Positions 13,301-25,089 are shown, counted from the first letter of the stretch. The stretch: 64,000 nt of DNA from Lingula anatina (GCA_051362555.1 CM120642.1:33108001-33172000); one strand, 5' to 3'. Notes: generated by a model from the letters alone, not told the origin. Translations and numbers: made by a program.

Positions 13301-16300
13301 AAGCTATTTTCTTTATCATACTTCCACTAATTCATTGTCTCATTTTCTATAGCATTTTATATCATGGTAGCATAATACAGTTTTGATGTTATTTTGGACA
13401 GTATGTTGGAGGCAGCTTCCATTTGTGCTATAGAAAAAGTTGTCAGAGGTGGACATGGTAGTCAAGCTTTAATTGTCTTTGTATATTTTGTCACTTAAAA
13501 CAGGGACAGATCCAGAGATTTTTTCTGACAGTCTTCCAAATTATCTTTGTTGATTTGTCCTCCATTTTGACAGCTTTCTAACGAAAAATTAGTTACCTAT
13601 CAATGTAAACTTGAAAACTTCTGACAATCTTCCAGAAGACCTCTGTCCACCTCTGTAAAATCTGGTTGGCTGTATATTTCAGGTCCCAGCCAGTATGACT
13701 GTAGAAGAACTGTTGTCAGAGATCATGATAGTGGCCAAGCTACGGCCAGGAAACTGGGGAATCTTTGAGGTTATCTGTGATGGTCAGCTTGGTGAGGATG
13801 CTTTTTACTAAGAAGTTAAAATTAGTCGTTACTCTTTACATATTCCAGTAAATGTTTCTCTTTTCCATTTGTCAGTGCCTCATTTTTTTCTCGTAATCAT
13901 AATCAGACCCTCAGCTGATGTGATAGACTATTTTTGACTAAGTGACCAAAACCTTTGTGAGGTACAGCTCTAGTTAGCGTAGAAATTGAAAAGTTTAAGC
14001 AATTATAATCAAAAGACTATGCAGATGAATTTAAATCAAAATGACAAGAACAATATTGCTTTTTTCTCAGAGCGCCCCCTCCACTTCAGTGAGAAGCCCC
14101 TGCCAGTAACGTTCCGGTGGAGTCACTGGGGAGAGGAGGACGGGAGAAACAGTTATCTCTGTGTTAAACCTAATGTGATCTATGAGCAGCTAGAACAGGT
14201 GGTCAGTAGATTGATTCGTCATTGGAGAACATATTAAAATTATCAGTAGTTTATTATTGTACAGATTGTGTTGGTTTACTGAGTTATGTGTCCAAATTTA
14301 ATGCTTTTGTAAATTACAAAAAAAAAAAAAAAAAAAAAATTGACCAAACTCTGGTCAATTAGTCCATAATTTTACACCCTATAATTTTTTTCATATAATG
14401 AAAAAGATCTTACCAATATCATGAAATTTTACAATTTCCTGATTTTGTGATATGATTATCATTTATTTCAGTTCAACCCTCACATATCATCATTTAGTGA
14501 ACTCCGCTTCAGTGACAAGAAAAGGTTTAACAAGTTTTTCTTCGAGTTCAGCCAATCCAATCTCAGTTACTACAAGGACTCTAAGGTAAGTCAATTTAAA
14601 CTGGATACAGATATATGACCCCGTCTAAGGACACTATTTTTGACCCCATTTGATGAATAAAGAATAAATGAAAATAGAAAGAAAATCTGAGCTATTACAA
14701 GGACTCCAAGGTAGGTAACTGGACACATTGATAGGTGGTGATCAGACTCCATCTGAGAACACTCTTTTTTGACCTTCTTTGATGAATAAGGAAGAAAATC
14801 TTCACATTGGATAATGGTTCATGTATTTTAAAGACTTAATGGGCCATAGCTTTTGATTGACTAGACAAATAAAGATCAGTGACAGAAATTATTGGTGGAA
14901 TAATGCTCTGTTGGTGACATAATAATGCACAAAAGATTATGAAGAAACTTGTCACAAACAGATTATGAGCTCATCGTGATGAGTTTTAAATCCTTGGCTG
15001 ATGTTGAACTTAATCCAGGCTAAACTTAATGGTCTGGTCTGGTCTGGCAGGTGCTTTGTAACTTAACTCCTCGTTATGATCAGTAATGGTGCCAAAGGGA
15101 TTCTATCTACAACGTGAACACATGGAGAATTTTATGTTGTACTTGCCTTTTCAACTTCCTTGTCCTCATAAGGGTCACCTTTTTGTCCTTCACTTCTCCC
15201 TTTTTCTTCAATTGGTGGTGTTATAATTGTGTAAATGAATTAGCTGGAATGATGTCACTGTGCTATTGCAAACTTACAGTGTCTCTTAAGTACATTACTA
15301 TAACAATAGTAGATGTTTTAAGCAGATGTATGTTATCTCCCCAACACAAAACACATCTCTCTTCTTTTCTACCCAATTATTCCCTAGCATTTATGAAGAA
15401 AAGATAAGGAAAAAGGGAAACGTAGATGTTAATGCCTATTTAAACTTCCAGGCTGAAGAAAATGAGGACACAGTAACTGAATGGCATGTGGAGGAGGTAG
15501 GGGGTCGCCAGTATCAGAAATTATCGTACTGACCCCATAAATCCATTGTTTTCCTCTTTATTCCAGCATTAAAGAAAATTTTCGTGATCATGCCTGTCAG
15601 ACGAATACCTTTGTAAATGTTTCAGATTTCTTCTCCTGTCCTCTTCAGCTGTGTTTTTTGCCTGTCAAATGTTAAAAAGTTGATTATTAAAAAAGAATCA
15701 ATTAAATTCTATATTTCTGTCACTCTGTAAAGCTTTCTGGATCCGGTTGTTTTGAGAAAATCAGTTCCTGCATTCCCTTTCTATACTGCTATAATCTGAC
15801 GGCATTCATTTCCTAGACTTTGTTAAACTTACCAGTGTGAGCCAAACTTACCAGTGTGAGCCAAAACATACAGTGAACTTGACAGCATCCACCATATTCC
15901 ATCTCGCAAATATCTTTGATTACTTGTACCTAAAGCAACCATCAAACTTATATTTTTTTATCAAATGCTAGGCAAGTGGTAGTAGGAAATAATGATAATT
16001 ATGGAATCCTTACAGATCCCAGGTATTTTACCTTTTCTGACTGCCCTCTGCCCCCCCCCCCCCCCCCCTTTACCCTGAACTCCATGTAGATTACATGTTT
16101 AAGTGATCATGATCATTGAAATGCAATAAATTATTGAAAGCTGAGACTTTTGATTTTTGGTCTGCAGTGTAAAATTGGACGTCATACGGTATTCTTGGTC
16201 GAGGCTTTTTAATTATTCATGATGTTTAACTACACAAGTCTTGTAATATTTGAATATTTTAATGTTATGCTTATTGTTTTAATTCATACTTCTTGTCCGT

Positions 16301-17157
16301 AACAGATGCTTCTGTGTTTACAGCTGGGGTCACCCATGTTTTCCTGATGTTTAACTCTACAGTTTTGCTTATTATATTATTCACAATGTTAAACTTCACA
16401 GTTCTTGTAATATTTCTATATTATGTTGTATGCTTATGGTATAAAATAACAGTTCTTGTCCACAATGCTTGTACTTTTTATGGTGTATTAAATGTTTAAC
16501 TCCACAGTTCTTGTCCGTAATATCTGTTTTCTGTGTGTTTACAGCTAGGGTCACCTATTGGTTCCTGGAAGGTTGAGGATTTAACAATCTACCTGGGTGT
16601 GGAACAGAAAAGATCAAAAGAAAAGTAAGGGAAATAATACTGCTTTTGTTTAACAAGTGTAAAGACTGATTATTCTGTTGAACTTCATTTTGTATTCCTT
16701 GTCCTTTTTGTGTGCAGTTTATATTATGATGCTTGCTATAGTTTATTTGGTTTTAGAATATTCTCTTGTCATAATGGGGTTAATGGGTTGAAGTTTAAAA
16801 TATGGAGTTTTTTTATTTAACAATTACATTCACCTCCTTTTACTTTCAGATGGTGCTTTACTTTTATTGAAGATAATGAAAAAGTTGTCAGGTGTGTAAA
16901 ACGTATTTCTTGATCTTTCTTAAATTATTGATATATTGGAAATGTAGTATTTAATTATTTCTTGTATCATGTGCAATATGAATGTATTTATTTCCTGATT
17001 TTTGCCATTTTGAATTTTGTTTATTGTTTAAATTAAATATTGATTTTTTTTTTCTCTTGTAGATCAAAAGATTCCCCATTCTTTGGTAAAACAGTTTGCT
17101 GCAATAGCGAGGACGAGAGGCTGCGTTGGCTGGCTGCCATGTACTATGCACAGGTGT

Positions 17158-17207
<50 letters not shown>

Positions 17208-17880
17208 TTGATACACAAGTGGTCACAATATTATTTAACCAAGCTTAAGAATGATGCCCCCCCCCCCTCCACCTGTACTAAGCGCCAGAGTTCTGTCTGT
17301 TCCAGCACCCTGAGGGTCTATATAAAGAGGGGGCCTCCAAGGAGCCAGTATCTCTAGCCAGTCCAGGGAGTAGCTCTAGTCTGTCCAGTATGGGCACTGA
17401 ACAAGACCCCAAGGGGAGTCCCAAGGTTAGTTACCTAATAGAGATAGAGTGTAAAACTCATAGCAAATAGTTTTTTATTAATAAACATATACATGATATG
17501 TATTACACATGCACGCACACATGCACCACATATTCACACACACACACAGAGGTGTTGGCATTGCTGTATTCATTCTTGATAAGAAAACAACTGAAAAAGT
17601 ATGCATGGTGCTGAAGTTAAATTGACGTAGTTATTTCTTTGGCCCAATGCAAGTACTGATCAACATTGACAATCTGCTCATTAATATGATAATTTCAAAG
17701 AATTTCATAATCACATATTATCATTATTATTATTAGCAGTAGTAGTGGTAGATACAGTACTAACAGTAGCAGTATTGTTTAGAGTGGTCAGTTTTATGTT
17801 CCAATGAATTATTTTTATTTCAGTTCTCCAAGGCATTTTCCAAGGTGACAACCTCCTTTAGATTCTTGAAGAAAAATTGA
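113..17880 (+). CDS. ARAP: ARAP-family protein (ArfGAP, RhoGAP, ankyrin, RA and PH domains); 5'-partial, 38 coding exons visible
   Basis: Frame-consistent GT-AG exons: 113-175, 1506-1581, 2078-2130, 2572-2712, 2974-3080, 3311-3395, 3724-3838, 4141-4226, 4679-4767, 4883-4976, 5241-5309, 5780-5828, 6138-6178, 6481-6540, 6800-6869, 7148-7209, 7452-7519, 7857-7965, 8290-8373, 8716-8772, 9265-9313, 9600-9669, 10033-10105, 10338-10428, 10839-10917, 11404-11538, 11924-12029, 12333-12504, 12703-12780, 13078-13146, 13683-13791, 14071-14201, 14472-14585, 16545-16624, 16850-16891, 17063-17153, 17306-17425, 17824-17880 (TGA). Motifs: ArfGAP zinc finger CADC-x16-CKSC plus GVHRHLG..SKVRSLRMD; PH segments GYLYKTGS and KRWCVLENG; RhoGAP IPVIVDKCI, TEGIYRLNG (arginine finger), NKMTDVNLGSIFGP; RA-region ERPLHFSEK. 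The domain order is that of ARAP1-3. Confidence 0.95.
7309..7362. repeat. (TTTA)n microsatellite in ARAP intron
   Basis: Directly visible tetranucleotide run. Confidence 0.9.
10740..10838 (+). repeat. ~13-bp tandem repeat (TATCCATATCCTG-like) ending at the splice acceptor of the RhoGAP arginine-finger exon
   Basis: About 7-8 degenerate units; the last reads tatccatattccag and supplies the AG acceptor at 10837-10838. Confidence 0.85.
12512..12590 (+). repeat. 20-bp minisatellite (AACACTGCACAATGGAAAAT-like), 4 copies
   Basis: Visible degenerate tandem units just after the exon ending at 12504. Confidence 0.8.
15268..15491 (+). repeat. Dispersed repeat (~225 bp), copy 1
   Basis: Highly similar to 19452-19680 (cttacagtgtct.ttaagtacattactataacaatagtagatgttttaag ... 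cacagtaactgaatggcatgtg). Probably a transposon fragment. Confidence 0.85.
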
Positions 17881-19451
17881 CGTGGCTACTTGAACAAAAC
17901 AGTGGTGTAGTTGGCAGTGCGGAGAGTAAATGTGTTATTACTGGTAAATAGGTGCTCCTCGGCAAGAAATATAGTGAAATCTGGCTGTAAGAACTTAAAA
18001 TGCTATCGACATCACTCGAGAGGAGTGTATTTATGAAAGAGCATCATTCAGTCTTTACAGGTTGAATTTATGTGCAAGTAATATAGAAATTTACAACCAT
18101 GACAGACTTTGTGATGTAATTAGACATTCAGATGCAGTCATGACTGAAATCCAAGTACAGTCTTGGGGAAAGACTGATTGTAAACCATGCTGGGCATGAC
18201 AAGGGCATTATAACACAGGACCCAAAACTGTGCAAGGAATTAAGATATTGGCATGCTATGGATAGAGTGATGGTTGTTCAATTAAGTCAGACTGTAGTAG
18301 TCAATACTAAAACTTCCGGGCTTTCACAAAAAAGGTTTGAAATTAAGATTATGTTAGGAAATTGAGATTCAAACATGGCAGGTGCTATGGTAAAAGAGGG
18401 ATTTAGGTGCAGGCAAGTCACCTGCTAAGAAATGGTTATGTTGATGATTACAACAAAACCAGGACAACAATCCTAATAACAGGCCTGGATTAAGACAAGG
18501 TCTTAACTGGAAGATGCCAACAGATCATTAGATTTCCATGAGGATGGGTTTTAAATCTGAGGCTGATGCTGGACTTAATCCAAGCTAACTTTTATGGCCA
18601 GAGATTTTTGCGGAAAGAGAGTCTTATCCTTCAGCTTCAGCTAGGTTCTAGAAAAAAAACAGACACAGACTAAGTGCAGCGGGCTGGCTTCACTGAGGAA
18701 GTTTGGATGATTATTTGTCTGTGTTAGGAACCATGTTTTGATAGAAAGATATGTCATAAGGTTTCACTGAGAAGACGTTGAGTGTGGTGACCAAGTGTTT
18801 GACAGGGAAACTTGAGGTCATTGAAACAGAGGAGGACATGACAGTCTTCACACACATAAAAAAAATTTAAAAACAAAAAAAGCCCTGACATGTTCTATTA
18901 AAATACTGTGAGGATGTAGAAAATTTGATATGCTGGAAGGTAGATGAAGCTCATTCAGAATTTTTTTTAGTTTTAGCACAAATAATTTATGTTCATTTAA
19001 AATGAATTCTGTAAGCAGTACTTAGTTGTATAGTCATTATATATTTATTTTGGGTAACATTTTTCCATAAAATCCAAAATGATGAATTTTTTGCTGGTTT
19101 TATAAAATTATTTTGGAGGTATTAAATTATCACCTAAGCAGTTGTTTTGAAAAAATTTAAGACAGTATTTGTAGGATAATAAATTATGTGCCACTAGCAT
19201 AGGAAAGTCTATGTTTTCCAGGATTATTGTATAAATACTGAATGTAAGGTTGTATCACTGAGCACTAGTTGCAAAACTACCTTTTAAACTTGCTGAGATG
19301 ATTCTTACATCTGGTTTGTTTGCCATCTGTATAAAGAAATCTGTTTTACGGAAATCATGTAAAAAAACATTATGTAGAAAATCATGTAATTGTTGGCACT
19401 TTTGTTTTGTCAAAAATATCACTGGGCACAGTGTCGCCACCTGTTGGGAGC

Positions 19452-19680
19452 AATGCAAACCACTTACAGTGTCTTTTAAGTACATTACTATAACAATAGT
19501 AGATGTTTTAAGTAGATATACGTTATCTTCCCAACACAAAACACATCTCTTTTCTTTTCTACCTAATTATACCCTAGTATTTATGAAGATAAGATACATA
19601 AAAAAGGAAACATAGATGTAGATGGACATTTAAACTTCCAGGCTGAGGACAATGATGACACAGTAACTGAATGGCATGTG
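19452..19680 (+). repeat. Dispersed repeat (~225 bp), copy 2, in the probable ARAP 3' UTR
   Basis: Direct-orientation homologue of 15268-15491. Confidence 0.85.
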
Positions 19681-20280
19681 AATGGCACTTCATATTTACA
19701 ACTGCGCCTTTTTTCTTTCATTGTTAACTAGCTGGAATTTGAAAGGTTCCATTGCCTGTGATTCTATCCATTTAGGAAACCAGCAATTTTTATTCAACTG
19801 TTTTTATTTATTGACTTACTATTTTTATGGTATCTAGGCTAGGGCATCATCTTATGCTATTCCATTCACACACATACATGTAGATCTTTTTTTATCATGT
19901 TGTCAGCAATGAATTCAAAACCAAAAACAAACAAAATTGGTGAATTGTGGTATGTAGGTTATCACCCTGACCCTGCTACTGCAGCCTTTTTTTTCAGCTT
20001 TTCTTATATTTCCAGTATTTTTGCCACATTTTGCAGTTGGAGAATATGGTTCAGTTTTCTTTAACTTTGTTATCCAAGAAAGCGATAAATTTACAAGACA
20101 ACTTACTGTGGTCTACTTCAGTTAGACATTTTTTATTATTTTGCAGTAATCATGTGAGAAACCTGTATAGAAAGATATCTTTGGTATCATGTGGTTTTTC
20201 GCAATTCTTTACATCACAATAATATGTAAATGTGATCTTTTTAGAACCAAGCAAATTGCCTTATTTAGAAACACAAATAT

Positions 20281-20560
20281 GGTCCGTGTAACAGAGTCCA
20301 CCCTCCATTGTGTCTATACAGGTTAGGGCTATCTTGACGTAAGTGGATCAAAATCTAAGACGGGACACACCTGTAAAAATCAATGGGAACCGGTGTAACG
20401 TAACTTGAGTCCCCAATGATAGAAAATCCGCTTTTAATTCATTTGTACAGGTAAGCCTCGCCCTATATTTTGACCCGCTTAGGTCGGACTAACCCTAACC
20501 ATTATAACTATATGGAGGGTGGTCTTTCTGTTACACGGACCCTCAGTTTCGTTACACCGG
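20281..20560. mobile_element. MITE-like inverted-repeat element
   Basis: ggtccgtgtaacagagtccaccctccat (20281-20308) pairs with atggagggtggtctttctgttacacggacc (20512-20541). A second inverted pair is ccggtgtaacg (20391) / cgttacaccgg (20550). No clear TSD. Confidence 0.7.
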
Positions 20561-20664
20561 GTCTTGGAGCACAGGGGGCGCTTTAGTACACGACACCTGT
20601 ATAATACGAGGTGGATACTGTAGCAAAATAGACATCATGGACACCATCACGACCAGTGGTAGTT

Positions 20665-20764
20665 GAGTTTTATTATGTAAAGTTTCATATTTAGGCCGCA
20701 GAAAGATGCTGGACTTGAGTTTTATTATGTAAAGTTTCATATTTAGGCCGCAGAAAGATGCTGG
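20665..20764 (+). repeat. Perfect ~50-bp tandem duplication
   Basis: ttgagttttattatgtaaagtttcatatttaggccgcagaaagatgctgg occurs twice in a row. Confidence 0.9.
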
Positions 20765-20886
20765 TGAATCAACAGAACTTACAGATGAAAATGGACTTGA
20801 AAGGTGTCTGCTTCCTGTACAAATGAGCGGTCTGATGTACCGCAAAGTTGACTTGTAAAATAAAGGTGAGAAACATGGTGGTATTG

Positions 20887-20938
<52 letters not shown>
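20887..20938. repeat. (TA)n microsatellite
   Basis: Directly visible. Confidence 0.9.
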
Positions 20939-20942
<4 letters not shown>

Positions 20943-21840
20943 TCAAAACATGCACGGATTTTTATGTTGTGTCTAAAAGGCTACACTTTGAGGCATTTAA
21001 ACGAAATCCAGTGTTAATTCTAACTTCAGGTAATAAACGCTTGATTGCACTCTACTTTGCTACATGACACGCCCACCCTCTTAGTACTCTGTCGCCGTAA
21101 TCGCGACCTAGAGACACGTGGCTTTTCAACCGTGCACGTGCCAGTGTAGAGATCGACCCCTGTTATTCATGTCTAGATTGTCATATCAGTATATGACACA
21201 CTTTGTAACGAAGCAGTCAAAAATCATTTCTTTAATACGTGCCACTGCGTCTTGTTATATAGACATATCCCAAGCCGTTACTTCAAGCATTACACTACTA
21301 GTTTCATGTATTATACATGATTTTACCATTTTAACATGTTGGAGTGGTAGGGCATTCGCGGCAATATCATGAATAGAAAACAGGATAATATAGATACTTT
21401 AATAAGTTTAATAAGCAAATGACAAAAACGTCAAAAAGTAAGATATAAAAGACAGGTTTGGTACATAAACCACTTCTTTCTGAGGACAAGTGATATTTTG
21501 GTAATATTTAACAGACAAGTGCCATGTATTAATGTCGCAAAAAAATTAATCGAATTTGCCATCTACAGACCAACCTCGCTGCCTGTCAATTTGATACAGT
21601 TTTGATCGGAGAAAAATGCCGTTAACCCTAGGCAAATTCGTTAATTATCAGTTTTTGATTATGAGAAATAAAGTAATAGAAAATATGTACATCTTTAAAA
21701 TTAAAAAAAAATCCATTGTTATAAAAATAAACACAGCGTGATGTATAGTGTTTTCACAGTTGTTGATTTTTCATATTTGTCCACTTTCTCAAAGACCACA
21801 TGAGAAAGGCACTGCAAGACGCTTAAGAAATACTTATAAT

Positions 21841-23061
21841 TCACAAACGCCCCGACACAGAAGAAGGGATTTGTCCATTTTCAGCGTCAGCGTCTTGGCT
21901 CTCGCAACGACAGAAGAGCGATCTCAGTCCCTGTCGAAACGAAGTGCTGACCAACCCATAAATGAAGAAGTTCGCAGATGAGTTGACTTCGCCAAGGAAG
22001 AAGGCGGTGGGTTGGAAATATTTCAGAGATGCAAGCACCTGCTTTGGCAGCACGTCCTTGAGAAGCTGTAGAAGAGGGAAAACATTTATCGGAGTTATGC
22101 AAATGATATACGTTGCAACCAACAAGATGACAATCCTATTCAGCTCTCTCTGCAAACGTTGTCGTCTGTCATTTGTCACGGAAAGTTCCTGGCGTTTTTG
22201 TACGCTTTTCTTCACTTTACGTATCAATTTATAGTTTAATACAACAAGTATACACAGAGGTATTATATGATAGAAAATAAATTGGCAAATAGTGCGGTAA
22301 AAGAGAAAGTACCACTTTGGCCATTTTTTGTTCACAGTTCTAAAACATAACCCAAAACTTTTCGCTTTGCCACAAGGGAAGTACCCTACTGATTCTAGAT
22401 CAAAGTATCTCGGCATATTGAACACAATGGAAACTAAAAACATGATGAAAACGCGCACTCTCCACTGAGAAATAGAGCAATATTTCCCAGCCAAATCAGG
22501 TTTACAAACTGCAAGGTAACGATTCACAGCAACGAAGACAAGCATGTACTTTGAGGCAAAAGCCGCTATTGTTCCCAAGGTCCAAATATACACCATGTAG
22601 TTTCCGTATTTGAACATGTAGTTTCCGAAATACCCGGTATACGCACCAAACGTTATCGTGCCGTACATAGAGGCCATCCAGAAAATGAATAAATTGTCGA
22701 AAAAGGCCAGCCATTTGAACAGGTAGCAATGTGCTGCAGGTGCCTTCCTTTCTTCATTTGCGTATACAATGAATGCCAGGAGATTACAAACCAACCCGAT
22801 TACACCAACTGCAGTCAGCACTATACCGCTAAGTACTAAGTTATACAAGTTAAAACCAAAGGCGAGTGAGTTTATATCTTCACTGAAAGAAGTGTTGTTG
22901 ATAAACCCGTCCTGTGTGGTAGTTTCGAGTCCATGGCTAGAATTGGCGGCCATATTGGTCAAAAACGAATTTTCCGACCACACCACAACAGGCACTTGTG
23001 AAGTCATTGTCATGTCTTCCCCAGTGGAAGAATTCTCAGACAAACTTACTGCAAACTCCAT
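21841..23061 (-). CDS. Intronless class A GPCR, FMRFamide-receptor-like (paralogue 1), 406 aa
   Basis: Seven hydrophobic segments; N-glycosylated N-terminus; GLVCN (TM1), LAFFD (TM2), VNRYLAVCKP (DRY variant), FNMPRYF (TM4), IIPL (TM5), NSSANFFIY (NPxxY variant), helix 8 FRQGL. Confidence 0.93.
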   Translation of the reverse strand: MEFAVSLSENSSTGEDMTMTSQVPVVVWSENSFLTNMAANSSHGLETTTQDGFINNTSFSEDINSLAFGFNLYNLVLSGIVLTAVGVIGLVCNLLAFIVYANEERKAPAAHCYLFKWLAFFDNLFIFWMASMYGTITFGAYTGYFGNYMFKYGNYMVYIWTLGTIAAFASKYMLVFVAVNRYLAVCKPDLAGKYCSISQWRVRVFIMFLVSIVFNMPRYFDLESVGYFPCGKAKSFGLCFRTVNKKWPKWYFLFYRTICQFIFYHIIPLCILVVLNYKLIRKVKKSVQKRQELSVTNDRRQRLQRELNRIVILLVATYIICITPINVFPLLQLLKDVLPKQVLASLKYFQPTAFFLGEVNSSANFFIYGLVSTSFRQGLRSLFCRCESQDADAENGQIPSSVSGRL

Positions 23062-23823
23062 TAATTGCGTACATTCGTAGCAGGATTACAGTCCAGTGTA
23101 GTGAACTTAACAGAAGTAATAAAGATATAGAAGTGTTATTCGAAGTCCGCTGCGTATAACTTCTACATTGGAATGACTGGCTTAATCTGCCCACCACCGC
23201 TTTTTATTCGTATGCTGGGTAATAGCCTGTGATAAAGAATTCTTATCCAATAATCTTATGTCTTCAGTTGGATTTCTTTAATACGTGCCACTGTGTCTTG
23301 TTATTAATGCAGGATTAAGAGGATTCTTTGGCATAATGCAAATGACATTGCGGACACCCAAATTCAAATTAAAGGTTCTAAAGTGGTTGATCTCTAGTCT
23401 ATAGGACAACAATAGAATTTAAACATCAACATTTTTGTAAATGTGAAATTACAAATTTGACATTTAATGTAGAATGTTTTCCCCGATCCATTTATAATAT
23501 ATATATTGATTCTTTCAAGTCTTTCTTTGAATACATCATTAAACCATTTCTGAATTCAAGTCATAAAGCAAGTTTTATATGCATTAATAGGATCTCCATA
23601 TTTTCCTATTTATCTACAGTTTAAGTGCGACACACCCCACTCGCAGCTTGGAGGCACTTGGTTTCCAGAAAACCAATATAATAATAATCATAACAATTGC
23701 AGTATAATTATTATTCATTCTTCTTATAATTTGAATTGTATCATTTCATCCGACCTGTTTTTAATTATTCAATATACATTCAATTAATAGATATAAAACA
23801 TGCAGTACATAAAATGCCGTTTG

Positions 23824-25089
23824 CTATATACGGCCTCGATCGGAGATGGGCTCTTCCGATGGTGAAATTTCTTCTTCCGGTGTTGACATTTCTACTTCCT
23901 TGTCTTCATACTTTCTGCCACAGCAAAGAAATTTCAATTCTTTGCAGAAAGAAGAACTAAAGATACCATAGAAAAAGAAGTTCGCCGAGGAGTTAATTAT
24001 ACCAAGAAAAGCTGTTATTGTTTGCATGTACTGCAAGTAAACCTTCACTTGTTTCGGCAAAAACTCTTTGAATAGTCTGAAAAATTGCACAATAGTTACC
24101 GGCGTTACACAAATGATATATGTTGTCACTAACAAAATGACAACCAGAGTCAACTCCTTCTGTAAACGCTTTCTTTTGTCATTCTTCCCTACAGCAAGAT
24201 CCTCGCGTTTCTGCACACTTTTCCTCACTTTCTGTATAAGTTTATAGTTAAAAACAATCAACATGGACAGTGGAATAAGATGAAAGAAAAGAAGAAAACT
24301 TATAGTGTGATAAACAAGAAAATACATGTCGGGCCAGTCCTTGTAGGTTGCTCTGAAGCACCTGTCAGCGCTTCCCTTCCTGCACGGGTAGTAGCCGACA
24401 GACTTCAAGTCTAGGAACCTTGGTATGGTGTACACGACGGCGGCTACGACCATCACTCTGACGCGAACTCGCCACTGGGCAATTGAACATGACCTGGCGA
24501 ATAAATGAGGCTTGCAAACACTCACATAGCGGTTCAAAGCTACGAAGACAAGCATGTATTTCGAAGCCAAAGCTGGTATTCGTGGCAGAGGCCATACATA
24601 AACCAAGTAGTCGCCATATTTTACGAATATCTCATCCAGATAGCCTGTAGCCGGGTGGAACGAAAATGTTCCATGCGTTGCGGCAATCCCCAATATAAAA
24701 AGGTTGTCAATAACGGCAAGGCATTTAAATAGATAGTTTTGCGACGAAGGTTTTTTCCTTCCTTTGCTTGAGTAAACAATGAAGACGATGGTATTAAAAA
24801 CAAGGCCTATGGCACTAATCACAGTTATCACTATACCGCTGAATATTAAGGTATATAAATTAAAGCTCGTTGCGCGGTTTAATTTTTCATCCGTTACATT
24901 TGTGTTATTCGTAATGGCGTCGAATACCGTCACCGTTATTTCAAGTCCATAGTGTGCGTCCGTCGTCACAATCGAGTTCATTTGAGACCAAGAAGAATTG
25001 TCCTGCTGGTCTGGAAATTGGGCCTTTGAAACAGTTGACAAGTCCGACGCGACAGAAGTGTCCACGCTTGTGAAAGAGAAATTCGCCAT
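23824..25089 (-). CDS. Intronless class A GPCR, FMRFamide-receptor-like (paralogue 2, most divergent), 421 aa
   Basis: Same motif set: GLVFN, LAVID, LNRYVSVCKP, IPRFLD, LIPL, NSSANFFFY. Confidence 0.93.
   Translation of the reverse strand: MANFSFTSVDTSVASDLSTVSKAQFPDQQDNSSWSQMNSIVTTDAHYGLEITVTVFDAITNNTNVTDEKLNRATSFNLYTLIFSGIVITVISAIGLVFNTIVFIVYSSKGRKKPSSQNYLFKCLAVIDNLFILGIAATHGTFSFHPATGYLDEIFVKYGDYLVYVWPLPRIPALASKYMLVFVALNRYVSVCKPHLFARSCSIAQWRVRVRVMVVAAVVYTIPRFLDLKSVGYYPCRKGSADRCFRATYKDWPDMYFLVYHTISFLLFFHLIPLSMLIVFNYKLIQKVRKSVQKREDLAVGKNDKRKRLQKELTLVVILLVTTYIICVTPVTIVQFFRLFKEFLPKQVKVYLQYMQTITAFLGIINSSANFFFYGIFSSSFCKELKFLCCGRKYEDKEVEMSTPEEEISPSEEPISDRGRI

Noticed and set aside
15114-19615. 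Similar ORFs 15114-15407 and 19298-19615 as a duplicated small gene
   Set aside because: The similarity is confined to a non-coding dispersed repeat; no protein motif is present.
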